DNA from: Candidatus Hydrogenedentota bacterium
GTDB lineage: Bacteria; Hydrogenedentota; Hydrogenedentia; Hydrogenedentales; GCA-2746185
DNA length: 64,000 nt
Assembly: GCA_046583315.1 (NCBI GenBank)
Contig: JAYGCN010000052.1
Coordinates: 32,001 to 96,000 of the forward strand
Reading direction: 5' to 3'
Position 1 is the first letter of the stretch, and each line of letters opens with the position of its first letter. Shown here in pieces: positions 1 to 9,954 of this stretch. A program made the translations under genes and the position numbers. The notes under the pieces were generated by a model. That model was not told where the DNA came from and ran no database searches. It saw nothing but the letters and a program-made list of their open reading frames with translations.

Positions 1-112
1 CAAGAGTCACCAAAATCGTGTGAATTGTACGTAATAAAAACCTGTTGTGTGGTTGATTGAACTTTGTTAGACTTCAGATCACGTTGTTAATTTTGGTTTA
101 CACGGAGTTCGG

Positions 113-2533
113 GTGTACATGGTAGTAGATGAGATATTGGGTCGGGTCGCGCTGGATGTATCGATCGATAAAGAGAAGGTCGCCAAAACGATTGAATTGC
201 TGAACGCGGGTTCGACAATCCCTTTCATTGCCCGGTATCGCAAAGATGTCACGGGGCAGCTAAACGAGGTTCAGCTGGAAGCCATTTCTGAGCGGAACCA
301 GTACTTCATCTCCATGCAGCAACGTAGGGACTCGATTCTGGAGACGATTCGTAAGCAGGAAAAACTCACGCCGGAGTTGGAGAAAAGGATTCTCGCCTGC
401 TGGGACAAGAACGCTCTGGAAGATCTCTATCTGCCGTACAAGAGGCAACGCCGCACGAAGGCGACGGTTGCGCGTGAGCAGGGTCTGGAACCGCTTGCCG
501 ATTTTCTGTTTAACCAGGTCGAGGGTGAGGTTGCAATTGATGCCTTTGCGGAAAGCTTCGTAAATCCGGCGAAGGAAGTCCCGTCCATTGAGGGTGCGCT
601 GGAAGGCGCACGTTTTATTCTCGCGGAGCGCATTTCCATAGACTTTGGGATTCGCGCCTATGTGCGTGATCGGATGATGGAAGAAAGTCGTCTTGCGGCG
701 CATTCCACAAAACTTTCCGACGGCAAGAAGACGAAGTATTCTTCGTACTACGAATTCAACGAGGTCTTGAAGAATGTTGTTTCGCATCGTATGCTGGCGA
801 TTCTGCGGGGAGTCAAAGAGGCTTTGCTCCGAATGGAAGTGGTGCTGGATGATGAATCGATTCAACAGGGTATTGTCGGGAAGGTAGTGCAGGATGCCTC
901 ATCGGAATATGCGACACATCTTATTCAGGCGATAGACGATTCGTATAAGCGACTGATTCTGCCTTCGATAGAAAATGAAGTCATCGGTATTGCCCGAAAG
1001 AAAGCGGACGATCACGCGATCAAGGTTTTTCGTGACAACGCGTACAAGTTGTTGTTGGCAGCACCGGCAGGACGCATCGCGGTCATCGGTCTTGATCCAG
1101 GATTGCGCACCGGATGCAAACTGGCTGTGATTGACACGATGGGCAACTACGTAGAAAGCGATACGATACATCTTCAGGCTTCCGAAGAAGCGCGCCAGGA
1201 CGCACGCTCGACGTTGGTTGCCTTGATGAAGAATCATAAAGCGATGGCCATCGCGATTGGAAACGGAACTGGATCGCGGGAGGCGCATACCTTCGTTAAA
1301 GTAGTTATTGCGTCGGAGCCCGAAATCAGTGAGGGCTTCTGCGTACTCGTGAATGAGGCGGGTGCTTCAATTTATTCAGCATCCAAAATTGCGCGCGAGG
1401 AGTTCCCCGATCTGGATGTGACCATACGCGGGGCCATTTCCATTGCCCGGCGACTACAGGATCCGCTGGCGGAGTTGGTGAAAATTGAACCCCGTAGCGT
1501 TGGCGTTGGTCAATACCAACATGATGTCAATCAAAAAATTCTGCGCGAGGGCTTGCATCGCACCGTGGTCTCCTGCGTGAACAAGGTCGGTGTGGATCTT
1601 AACACGGCATCGGTTCCGTTGCTGCGGTATGTCAGCGGCGTGCAATACGGGACCGCTCAGCATATCGTCGCCCGTCGTAATGAGATCGGCGGATTCAAGA
1701 ATCGACAGCAGTTGCTGGACGTAGACGGCATCGGGCCCAAAGTATTTGAACAGTGTGCGGGATTTTTGCGCATTCATGACGAAGAAAATGCATTGGATTC
1801 CACAGCGATTCATCCTGAATCCTATGATGTTGTCGAAGCTATGGCCACAGCGCTGAACTCGACTTCAAAAGAACTCATCGGAAATACCGAACTTCTCAAA
1901 AAGCTCGAACTTGAACAGTTTAATTCCGACTCCATTGGCACCTTGACCCTCAAAGATATTGTCAACGAGCTGCGCAAGCCGAGTCGGGACCCGCGTAAGA
2001 AATTCGAGGTCCCCGAGTTTATCGAAGGCGTGGAGTCGATAAAAGACCTTAACCTGGATATGGAACTTCAAGGAGTGGTGACCAACGTCACAGATTTCGG
2101 AGCCTTCGTGGATGTCGGTGTCCATCAAGACGGCCTTGTGCATTTGTCCGAAATGGCCAATCGATTCGTTCGCGACCCATTGGAAGTTGTTGGCGTGGGG
2201 GATATCGTGCGCGTCAAGGTGATCGGGATCGATGTCGAAATGCCGCGCATCTCACTGTCCATCAAAGCACTACTTCCGCCTCCGGCACAAAAGGCGCATC
2301 GTCGTAGAGCGGCTGCGTCCGACAAGAAGTCCGATGGCGATAAAGCCAGGCGCGAGCGTCCGGTTCATGCTAAGGGTAAAGCTAAGGGCAAACCTGCCAG
2401 GTCAAAGGACACGCGCCGTTCTGGAAAGAAGCAGGGCAGGCCCAAACAGACCCAACCGGCTACCAGTACCGAAGGGATGAACACCCAATTGGCCGATCAA
2501 TTGGCCAGTTTGAAGGCTCGTTTCAACGATTAG
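113..2533 (+). CDS. tex: Tex-family RNA-binding transcriptional accessory protein with S1 domain
   Basis: N-terminal TIPFIARYRKD, YqgF-like GLDPGLRTGCK, HhH GVDLNTAS, S1 domain GVVTNVTDFGAFVDVGVHQDGLVH, basic low-complexity tail. Start may be ATG 119. Confidence 0.95.
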   Translation: MYMVVDEILGRVALDVSIDKEKVAKTIELLNAGSTIPFIARYRKDVTGQLNEVQLEAISERNQYFISMQQRRDSILETIRKQEKLTPELEKRILACWDKNALEDLYLPYKRQRRTKATVAREQGLEPLADFLFNQVEGEVAIDAFAESFVNPAKEVPSIEGALEGARFILAERISIDFGIRAYVRDRMMEESRLAAHSTKLSDGKKTKYSSYYEFNEVLKNVVSHRMLAILRGVKEALLRMEVVLDDESIQQGIVGKVVQDASSEYATHLIQAIDDSYKRLILPSIENEVIGIARKKADDHAIKVFRDNAYKLLLAAPAGRIAVIGLDPGLRTGCKLAVIDTMGNYVESDTIHLQASEEARQDARSTLVALMKNHKAMAIAIGNGTGSREAHTFVKVVIASEPEISEGFCVLVNEAGASIYSASKIAREEFPDLDVTIRGAISIARRLQDPLAELVKIEPRSVGVGQYQHDVNQKILREGLHRTVVSCVNKVGVDLNTASVPLLRYVSGVQYGTAQHIVARRNEIGGFKNRQQLLDVDGIGPKVFEQCAGFLRIHDEENALDSTAIHPESYDVVEAMATALNSTSKELIGNTELLKKLELEQFNSDSIGTLTLKDIVNELRKPSRDPRKKFEVPEFIEGVESIKDLNLDMELQGVVTNVTDFGAFVDVGVHQDGLVHLSEMANRFVRDPLEVVGVGDIVRVKVIGIDVEMPRISLSIKALLPPPAQKAHRRRAAASDKKSDGDKARRERPVHAKGKAKGKPARSKDTRRSGKKQGRPKQTQPATSTEGMNTQLADQLASLKARFND

Positions 2534-2695
2534 CAGCCCGTCTGTGTGCTACCGAAGCTCTTCTTCCTCAAACAACTCTAAACCCTTGTCCGTAGGGACT
2601 TTTTTGACTTTTCAGCACCCGGCATGATAGATTTTGCTGTTTGATTCTACGCCAATTCTGACGACATAGCAGGCTTTCAGGCCAGATTTCCATTT

Positions 2696-5485
2696 ATGAG
2701 TGAAATTAACTACAAACAGACCGTAAACCTCCCCAAAACTGACTTTCCCATGCGGGCAAACCTGACAAAACGGGAGCCTGAAACGGTCGAACGTTGGGAC
2801 GAGATTGACCTCTACGGAAAGATGCGCGAGCAATCTGCCGGAAAGCCCAAATTCGTGCTCCACGACGGCCCGCCTTATGCGAACGGCGAATTGCACGCGG
2901 GAACGGCCCTGAACAAAATCATCAAAGATATCGTCGTAAAATCCAAGCAGATGGCCGGGTTTGATGCGCCGTATGTGCCGGGCTGGGATTGTCACGGATT
3001 GCCGATTGAGTATAGAGTGCTCAGCGAACTCGGCGACGAGGCGAAAACACTCAGCCAGGTAGATATTCGTCGTAAATGCCGCGAGTTCGCCCTGAAATAC
3101 GTCGAGCTGCATCGCGAAGGTTTCAAGCGCCTGCTGGTTATGGGTGATTGGGCGAATCCCTATTTGACCCTCAATCCCGATTATGTAGCGACTGGTATTC
3201 GCGTGTTTTCCGAAATGTACCGCACTGGCGGGATCTACAAAGGCCTGAAACCCATCTACTGGTGCTCCCATTGCCAGACGGCACTTGCCGAAGCCGAAGT
3301 GGAATATGGCGACCACACTTCGCCGAGCATCTACGTCAAATTCAAGGCCGTGGATGAGGTGCCTGGATTGGATGGCGATGTGTCATTCGTCATTTGGACG
3401 ACGACTCCGTGGACCCTGGCCGCGAACTTGGCGATTTCGTTGCACCCTGATTTCAAATACAGCGCCATCAAGGCCAACGGCGAGACGCTTATCATGGCGA
3501 CGGATTTGGCCGCGAAGGCCATGACCGCATGCGGCATCAGCGATTATGAAACAATCAAAAAATTCAACGGCTCAGAACTCGAAGGCCTGAAGTACCAGCA
3601 TGTGCAGTTTGAAGACCGGATTTGTCCCATCATTTTGGGTGACCATGTTACGCTTGAGGCCGGTACGGGTTGTGTACACACGGCTCCGGGTCATGGACAG
3701 GAAGATTACGTTGTCGGCGCGCGTTACGGCATTGAGCCGCTTTCGCCAGTGGATGCCGAAGGTTGTTATACGGCTGATGCGGGTAAATACGAAGGCTTGC
3801 ATGTATTCAAGGCCAACGATGTTGTTATAGAGGATTTGACCGCATCCGGGCATCTGCTGCATACCGAAAAAATCATTCACAGCTACCCTCACTGCTGGCG
3901 TTGTTCCACCCCGGTCATCTATCGGGCGACTCCCCAGTGGTTTGTCTCCATGAGCGAGAATGATTTACGCGGCAACGCCAGCGCAGCGGTTGATTCGGTC
4001 CAATGGATTCCCGCTTGGGGCAAAGAACGCATCCGTTCCATGATTGAGCAGCGCCCTGACTGGTGTATCAGTCGCCAACGCTCATGGGGCGTGCCGATTC
4101 CCATTCTGTACTGTGCGGATTGCGGTGAGGTTCATGCGACGGACGGTGCATTCAAGAAAATTGAAGAGACGGCATTGTCCGCGATCGACGGAATTGATCG
4201 CTGGTTTGATCAGGATGCTTCGACCTTTGTGCCCGAGGGTGAGACCTGTGCCAAATGCGGCAGTGCGAATTTTACCAAAGAAACCGATATTCTCGATGTG
4301 TGGTTTGATTCTGGTGTGAGTAACCGGGCCGTCGTCGAAAAGCATCCCGATCTCACCTGGCCCGCGGATATGTATTTGGAAGGCAGCGATCAACACAGGG
4401 GATGGTTCCAGTCCTCTCTGTTGCCGGCGATTGCCGTTAAAGGTCAGCCGCCTTACAAAACGGTTGTGACCCACGGTTATGTTGTAGACGGGACAGGGAA
4501 GAAACTTTCGAAGAGTCTTGGCAACTTTATGGAGCTACCCAAGTTACTGAAGAAAGTAGGTGCCGAAGTGGTTCGCCTTTGGGTGGCCGGTGAGAATTAC
4601 CAACAGGACATTCGTTTGTCCGACGAGATTCTGACGCAAATGCAGGATGCCTACCGTCGCATTCGCAACACGCTACGCTATCCGCTTAGCAACCTATACG
4701 ATTTCGACGCTTCCATGGCCATACCTTTCGAAGAACTCGTAGAGGTTGACCAGTGGGCATTGTCCCGCATGCAGGACCTGCGCGAACGCGTCTTGAAATC
4801 CTACGCCGACTATGAATTTCATCAGGTCTACCACAGTATCGTAAATTTCTCCTCGACCGAGTTGAGTTCATTTTACTTTGACATTCTTAAAGATCGGCTG
4901 TATACATTTGCGGTCGATTCCAAAGAGCGTCGATCGGCACAGACCGCGCTCGCAGCCATTCTGGTGGACTTGCTCAAGCTGTTGGCCCCCATCCTTTCGC
5001 ACACCTGCGATGAAGCGTGGCAGGAATTGCCGGAAGGGTACAAAGATGCGGACAGTGTGCATCTTGCGGGATTCCCCGAAGCTCATGCGAATTATGCGCT
5101 TTCTCCGGAAGCTGTGGTCCACTGGGGCGAGCTTTTGCGTCTGCGCGGCATTGTCTCCAAGGCACTTGAAGAAATGCGGCGTAACAAGGAAATCGGTTCC
5201 TCGCTCGAAGCGGCGGTTACCCTTACGCCTGGAACCGAAGCGGTTGAAAAGACATTAAAACAGTATGAAGCGAATTTGGAATCGATATTTATTGTTTCAA
5301 ATTGTACGGTGGCGGCTCTTGATGAGAGTGGCGCAACCGGTGAAGATAAATTAGCAGTAACGGCGACGAAAGCGGACGGTGAAAAATGTGCGCGTTGCTG
5401 GAATTTTAGAAAAAGTGTAGGAACGAATGAAACACACCCGACGATTTGCGAACGGTGTGTTGAACAACTGGGAGTGACAGCATGA
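2696..5485 (+). CDS. ileS: Isoleucine--tRNA ligase (type 1)
   Basis: [52 protein letters not shown] and C-terminal Zn finger CARCW...CERC. Confidence 0.98.
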   Translation: MSEINYKQTVNLPKTDFPMRANLTKREPETVERWDEIDLYGKMREQSAGKPKFVLHDGPPYANGELHAGTALNKIIKDIVVKSKQMAGFDAPYVPGWDCHGLPIEYRVLSELGDEAKTLSQVDIRRKCREFALKYVELHREGFKRLLVMGDWANPYLTLNPDYVATGIRVFSEMYRTGGIYKGLKPIYWCSHCQTALAEAEVEYGDHTSPSIYVKFKAVDEVPGLDGDVSFVIWTTTPWTLAANLAISLHPDFKYSAIKANGETLIMATDLAAKAMTACGISDYETIKKFNGSELEGLKYQHVQFEDRICPIILGDHVTLEAGTGCVHTAPGHGQEDYVVGARYGIEPLSPVDAEGCYTADAGKYEGLHVFKANDVVIEDLTASGHLLHTEKIIHSYPHCWRCSTPVIYRATPQWFVSMSENDLRGNASAAVDSVQWIPAWGKERIRSMIEQRPDWCISRQRSWGVPIPILYCADCGEVHATDGAFKKIEETALSAIDGIDRWFDQDASTFVPEGETCAKCGSANFTKETDILDVWFDSGVSNRAVVEKHPDLTWPADMYLEGSDQHRGWFQSSLLPAIAVKGQPPYKTVVTHGYVVDGTGKKLSKSLGNFMELPKLLKKVGAEVVRLWVAGENYQQDIRLSDEILTQMQDAYRRIRNTLRYPLSNLYDFDASMAIPFEELVEVDQWALSRMQDLRERVLKSYADYEFHQVYHSIVNFSSTELSSFYFDILKDRLYTFAVDSKERRSAQTALAAILVDLLKLLAPILSHTCDEAWQELPEGYKDADSVHLAGFPEAHANYALSPEAVVHWGELLRLRGIVSKALEEMRRNKEIGSSLEAAVTLTPGTEAVEKTLKQYEANLESIFIVSNCTVAALDESGATGEDKLAVTATKADGEKCARCWNFRKSVGTNETHPTICERCVEQLGVTA

Positions 5486-5856
5486 ACAAACGTGAGTTAG
5501 GAAAATTCAAGAAACTGCTTCTCGCCGAAGGGCAACACTTCAACGAAGGGATCAAAACAATCGAACGCGATACCCTCGAAAGCACCAACGGCGACAAGAG
5601 CGGCGACTTCAGTAGCTTTGCCGATGCGGGTACAGACAACAACGATCGTGAAACGGCATTGCGTCTGGCGAGCGGCGAGACGCAGATGTTGAACGCCGTT
5701 GCCGACGCCCTGCAGCGAATTGACGACGGAACCTATGGCAAATGCGTCGACTGCGATGGCAAGATTCCAGTGAAACGTCTCGAAGTATTTCCGGCAGCAA
5801 AACGATGCATTCAGTGCAAAGAAATCCTGGAGAAAGAGCAAGAGGGATATGCATAG
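5482..5856 (+). CDS. dksA: TraR/DksA C4-type zinc finger protein
   Basis: Coiled-coil N-terminus, [16 protein letters not shown]...[14 protein letters not shown]; 4-nt overlap with ileS. Confidence 0.85.
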   Translation: MNKRELGKFKKLLLAEGQHFNEGIKTIERDTLESTNGDKSGDFSSFADAGTDNNDRETALRLASGETQMLNAVADALQRIDDGTYGKCVDCDGKIPVKRLEVFPAAKRCIQCKEILEKEQEGYA

Positions 5857-5883
5857 CATTTCCAAGCAGGCCTGCTGATAGCC

Positions 5884-6405
5884 ATGGTCACGCGCAAACA
5901 GCAATTTTTATGGATAGGGGGAGTCTTGGGATTCGTTCTGGGGCTCGACCAAATTCTCAAAGCCTGGATCGTCCGTACGATTGAACCGCACGCGCCGTAT
6001 CGCGGCGATGTGTTTTTTCACTTCACCCACCAGCGCAATACTGGGCTGATGGGCGGGTCATTCAGCGATATTCCGCTCGTGGCCTATATCGCGCCCGTGA
6101 TCGCGTTTTTTGTGCTGATCTACATGTATCGGCAGTTGTCACCGGAATCCCGCGTGCAATCGATTGCCTATGGCATGATTTTGGGCGGTGCATTGGGGAA
6201 TTTCATTGATCGAATTCGCCTAGGCGCGGTCACCGATTTCTTTCAGTTTCATTTCCTCTTCATCCCGTTCGATTTCCCGTGGAAATATTACCCCGCGTTC
6301 AATATTGCGGATTCCGGGATCATCTGCGGTGTGATATTGCTATTTTTTACGCTAAACACGGCCGGAACACCGGAAGAAACGACACCCGAAGAAAATGTTT
6401 CCTGA
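5884..6405 (+). CDS. lspA: Signal peptidase II
   Basis: LDQILK, NTG, GGALGNFIDR, VTDF and FNIAD motifs; multiple hydrophobic segments. Confidence 0.95.
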   Translation: MVTRKQQFLWIGGVLGFVLGLDQILKAWIVRTIEPHAPYRGDVFFHFTHQRNTGLMGGSFSDIPLVAYIAPVIAFFVLIYMYRQLSPESRVQSIAYGMILGGALGNFIDRIRLGAVTDFFQFHFLFIPFDFPWKYYPAFNIADSGIICGVILLFFTLNTAGTPEETTPEENVS

Positions 6406-7252
6406 ACTATTTAGAATAGGCCCTGTGCCGCTCCATTCTTACGGCTTTATGATTGCCGTGGGTTTTCTTTCGGTACTCTATTTCATTCAACGGGATGCCG
6501 AGCGCGAGGGTTTTGACCCCAAACTCTTCGCCGATTTGGCCTTTGTTGTGCTTCCACTGGGACTTCTGGGTACTCGCTTGGCCCATATTTTCATGTTCCC
6601 CAAGTATTATTCCCTCTCTGACCCTATCGGCTGGATAGCCGTGTGGAACGGTGGTCTGGTGTTTCAGGGAGGGCCGCCTCTGGCCATCGCGTATGGGTAT
6701 TGGTTTTTCCGCAAGAAAGGAATCCCCTTTTGGAACGGAATCGACATCATTTTTCCATATGTGGCGCTGGGACACGGGATTGGCCGCATTGGCTGTTTTC
6801 TCAAAGGATGCTGCTACGGTGCCCTAACGGACGTGCCCTGGGCGACCTCGTTTCCACGAATTCTTGACCCGGATTCCAACAATATCACCGGAAGTCCGGC
6901 GTTCTTGAGCCATTTTCGGGACTTTTCCGATATTACCGTGGAATCGACCCATGCGCACGCGATTCATCCTACACAACTGTATAGTTTCGTTGGGCTTATG
7001 TGTATTCTGGGAATCATGTTGAGCCTTCGCAAGTGGTGGAATCCATACACGGGCTTTACCTTCCCGATGTACTTCATCATCTACGGATCATTCCGTTTCG
7101 GACTCGAGTTTTTGCGCGGTGATCATAACCCGGTTCACGCTTTCGGACTCTCCGATCAGCAACTGTTCAGTCTCGGTGGTGTCGTGATTGGCATTGTTTT
7201 CTTCTTCGTTCTCGGCCGCTACCAGAAGAATCAGGACTCCAAAGCCGCCTAG
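6395..7252 (+). CDS. lgt: Prolipoprotein diacylglyceryl transferase
   Basis: HSYG, GGLVFQGG, GRIGCFLKGCCYG, HPTQLY, RFGLEFLRGD. Confidence 0.95.
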   Translation: MFPELFRIGPVPLHSYGFMIAVGFLSVLYFIQRDAEREGFDPKLFADLAFVVLPLGLLGTRLAHIFMFPKYYSLSDPIGWIAVWNGGLVFQGGPPLAIAYGYWFFRKKGIPFWNGIDIIFPYVALGHGIGRIGCFLKGCCYGALTDVPWATSFPRILDPDSNNITGSPAFLSHFRDFSDITVESTHAHAIHPTQLYSFVGLMCILGIMLSLRKWWNPYTGFTFPMYFIIYGSFRFGLEFLRGDHNPVHAFGLSDQQLFSLGGVVIGIVFFFVLGRYQKNQDSKAA

Positions 7253-7311
7253 TGCCTCGAATCAGCTCAGTCTTCTAACTTGACGATATCAGGCAAGTTG
7301 CAATACATCTT

Positions 7312-7358
7312 CGTTTCGAACGAAACGCCCTGGGATCAGAATTGTTTCGCGTGAAACG
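7312..7358. promoter_or_regulatory. Pair of GTTTC-N4-GAAAC palindromic operator-like sites
   Basis: CGTTTCGAACGAAACG (7312-7327) and TGTTTCGCGTGAAACG (7343-7358), 31 bp apart, immediately upstream of a -35 box. Confidence 0.6.
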
Positions 7359-7359
7359 C

Positions 7360-7388
7360 TTGACAAAACCCTGTTTAAGTTCTACATT
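7360..7388 (+). promoter_or_regulatory. sigma70-type promoter
   Basis: TTGACA (7360-7365), 17-bp spacer, TACATT (7383-7388), upstream of ATG 7419. Confidence 0.7.
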
Positions 7389-7418
7389 CCGATTCGGGGA
7401 ACAAGCAGGGGACATCGT

Positions 7419-9086
7419 ATGAGACCGACCAAATTAAGCTCCAATGTATTTCTGGAATTGCCGCCCGTGTTGGCGCACTACACCGATTCCGAACGCAACA
7501 CCTGTATCGAAGGAATTCCAAAACGCGGACGACTGAGCATGCTGAATCGACCGGGCACGTTTCAGGAGATCGAGTCCCAAGCCATCGAGCGAAAGTATCT
7601 GCTTCAGATGCTCGGCCCGGAGCGACTACGGGCCATCAAATTTCAATCCGGTTTCGAAGTCGGACGCCGAGATGCGCTCCGGCATTATGAGATCCAGGGC
7701 GACAACGCGCGGCTGGCACTCCAGGCGGGGCTTGTTTATGGCCAGATACAGGGCAATTACGTGGCCCATGACATCAGATTCGAGTTTGATTTGGAAGCGG
7801 GGACGCTGTATCGCGAGGTAGAGCTGCACGCTTCGGCGGAATCGATGATGCACCGCATGATAGCACCGGACGATGAATCCTGCGTATGTTGGTATACGGC
7901 TGGGTATATATCGGGCCATATCAGCGAGCTCGTGGGACGCAAAGTACTGACCTTGGAGACCAATTGCATGGCTGAGGGCTCAGATACCTGCGGATTCGTG
8001 TCCAAATTCGACTCCGAGTGGGGGCCAGAAGCGGATTGGATGCGCGAAGCGATGGAACAGCCCACGGTGGAAGATGAATTGTCGCAGCGAGACGAACTGA
8101 TTGACACGGCGCAACAGGCCGCGCGCAAGGCTCAAGCATCGCTGGGAGGGATCAACCGTCGATTGCGCTCGGATCTTGCTGCGGATTCGCTGATCGCCGA
8201 ATCCAAAGAGATGTTGCCCACACTCCGGCGCATGCAGTTGTGCATGCAATCTCACGCGCCGGTTCTGATCGCTGGTGAATCGGGCGTTGGTAAAGAAAGT
8301 GTTGCGCGTTCGATTCATTTCGGTAGTGATCGCAAGAAACGTCCTTTTATAGAAATCGACTGCAAGGGAATACCCGACACCATCATCAAACAGGAGTTGA
8401 TTGGTTATGAAGCGGGTGCGATTACGGGGAGCATGCGCGCGCACAAGGGAGCGATTCAGAAAGCGACTGGCGGCACGTTGTATTTCAATGAGATTGCCGA
8501 CCTGAGTATGGAGCTTCAACGCTTGCTCCTGCAGATTCTGGAGACGGGTAAAGTACAGCCTATTGGCTCAGACTCAAATATTCGAGCCGATATTCGTATC
8601 ATGGCGGCGACCCAGACCGACATCGATAAAGCTGTCAAAAAGGGCACATTTCGGGAGGATTTATATTATGCGCTGGCCATCTCTCGAGTCGATATTCCGC
8701 CTTTGCGTAAACGGGCCACCGATATCCTGCGACTGTCCGAGGCCTTCCTCATTGAATTCAAAGAACGCCACAAATGTGAGCATGTGACCATGAGCGGGGA
8801 GTTTCGTGAGGCCATCATGGATTGCGCTTGGCCGGGCAATGTGCGCCAATTGCGCAATGTCATCGAGCACGCCGTGCTGATGTCTTCCACGGGAAGGCTC
8901 ACGCCCAAAGAGTTGCCTGAGGAAATTCTTGCGTCCCGATGGGTGCGCAAACCGGAGCATCTCACCGAAGAAGTTATTTTGGCCACGCTGAGCCGCACGC
9001 ACAATAACCGGAGCGAAGCAGCGGAATTATTGGGCATCGGGCGTACGACGCTGTGGCGCACAATGAAGAAACTGGGGATCGACTAG
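7419..9086 (+). CDS. XylR/DmpR-like V4R + AAA+ + Fis-HTH transcriptional regulator with degenerate catalytic motifs
   Basis: V4R CWYTAGYISG...ETNCMAEGSDTCGF, Walker A GESGVGKE, WPGNVRQLRN, HTH AAELLGIGRTTLWR. Shows GAITGS, YFNE and LYYAL in place of the canonical motifs. Confidence 0.9.
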   Translation: MRPTKLSSNVFLELPPVLAHYTDSERNTCIEGIPKRGRLSMLNRPGTFQEIESQAIERKYLLQMLGPERLRAIKFQSGFEVGRRDALRHYEIQGDNARLALQAGLVYGQIQGNYVAHDIRFEFDLEAGTLYREVELHASAESMMHRMIAPDDESCVCWYTAGYISGHISELVGRKVLTLETNCMAEGSDTCGFVSKFDSEWGPEADWMREAMEQPTVEDELSQRDELIDTAQQAARKAQASLGGINRRLRSDLAADSLIAESKEMLPTLRRMQLCMQSHAPVLIAGESGVGKESVARSIHFGSDRKKRPFIEIDCKGIPDTIIKQELIGYEAGAITGSMRAHKGAIQKATGGTLYFNEIADLSMELQRLLLQILETGKVQPIGSDSNIRADIRIMAATQTDIDKAVKKGTFREDLYYALAISRVDIPPLRKRATDILRLSEAFLIEFKERHKCEHVTMSGEFREAIMDCAWPGNVRQLRNVIEHAVLMSSTGRLTPKELPEEILASRWVRKPEHLTEEVILATLSRTHNNRSEAAELLGIGRTTLWRTMKKLGID

Positions 9087-9090
9087 GCGA

Positions 9091-9819
9091 ATGAACCTTC
9101 TGCGAAGACCGATGGGTGCTCTGGCAGTCTGCCTAATTACAATCACTCTGTCCACATCCGCCCAAACGGAAGATGGACGCAAGCTGTTGCGTATGGCGAG
9201 CAAACTGGCTGGCGAGGGGAAGTATCCCGGTGCGCTGAGGATATTCGAGCAGGTGCGTCGTGATCATCCCGATAGCATCGTACCCCTGGACGGTGATATG
9301 TTCGCGACCTTGTACGGCATCCAGGGGGATACGGCGGGTCATCTCGAACACAGCAAGTGGATGTTGAAACGATTTCCAAATCCGAAGCGCGTGGAAAATG
9401 CTGAGCGCTGCGCCAAGGCGTGTATCTTGGCGCCGGGCATTGACGATCAAGAGTTGCTAAGGCACGCGGCACGATTGACGCGTTATGCGGCGACCGAGGG
9501 GAAAGGGGAGTTCGCGCCGTGGTTTCATGTCGCGCATGGCATGGCGGAATATCGGTTGAAGAATTATGAAGAAGCCGTGCGCTGGCTTGAGGATGCCATC
9601 GACAACGAAGAAATAATGATACGCAGTTTGGCGCTGGCGTATCACACATTGGCATTGCACGGTCTGGATAAACCTTTACAGGCCACGGAGTCTCTGGAGC
9701 GAGCCAGAGCGATCGATTATAAAATGCCGAAAGTCGGATCACGCGAATTCGCCCGTGAGTGGTCCAATATTCTCGCGTTCCAGATAGGATTGCGCGAAGC
9801 CGAGGCGACCATTCGTTAA
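9091..9819 (+). CDS. Secreted TPR-like helical repeat protein
   Basis: Signal-peptide-like N-terminus; TPR-like AHGMAEYRLKNYEEAVRWLEDAI. Confidence 0.7.
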   Translation: MNLLRRPMGALAVCLITITLSTSAQTEDGRKLLRMASKLAGEGKYPGALRIFEQVRRDHPDSIVPLDGDMFATLYGIQGDTAGHLEHSKWMLKRFPNPKRVENAERCAKACILAPGIDDQELLRHAARLTRYAATEGKGEFAPWFHVAHGMAEYRLKNYEEAVRWLEDAIDNEEIMIRSLALAYHTLALHGLDKPLQATESLERARAIDYKMPKVGSREFAREWSNILAFQIGLREAEATIR

Positions 9820-9954
9820 GGTCGGCAAACTGAGTAATTCCATTATTTAGACAGTCCGTAGCACTATATGTAGTCGTGACGAATTCCCCTTTAATTTCGC
9901 TTTTCTGTTGGCTATAATTAAAGTCTAAGCCGAAATGGGGAAGTCGATTATTAT

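Noticed and set aside
2534..2695. T-box or other leader upstream of ileS
   Set aside because: No T-box motif is visible, only a weak 4-bp hairpin with a T run.
7343..7358. parS site as a firm call
   Set aside because: It has two mismatches, is paired with a second less parS-like palindrome at a promoter, and no parAB/oriC genes are in the window; kept only as an alternative.
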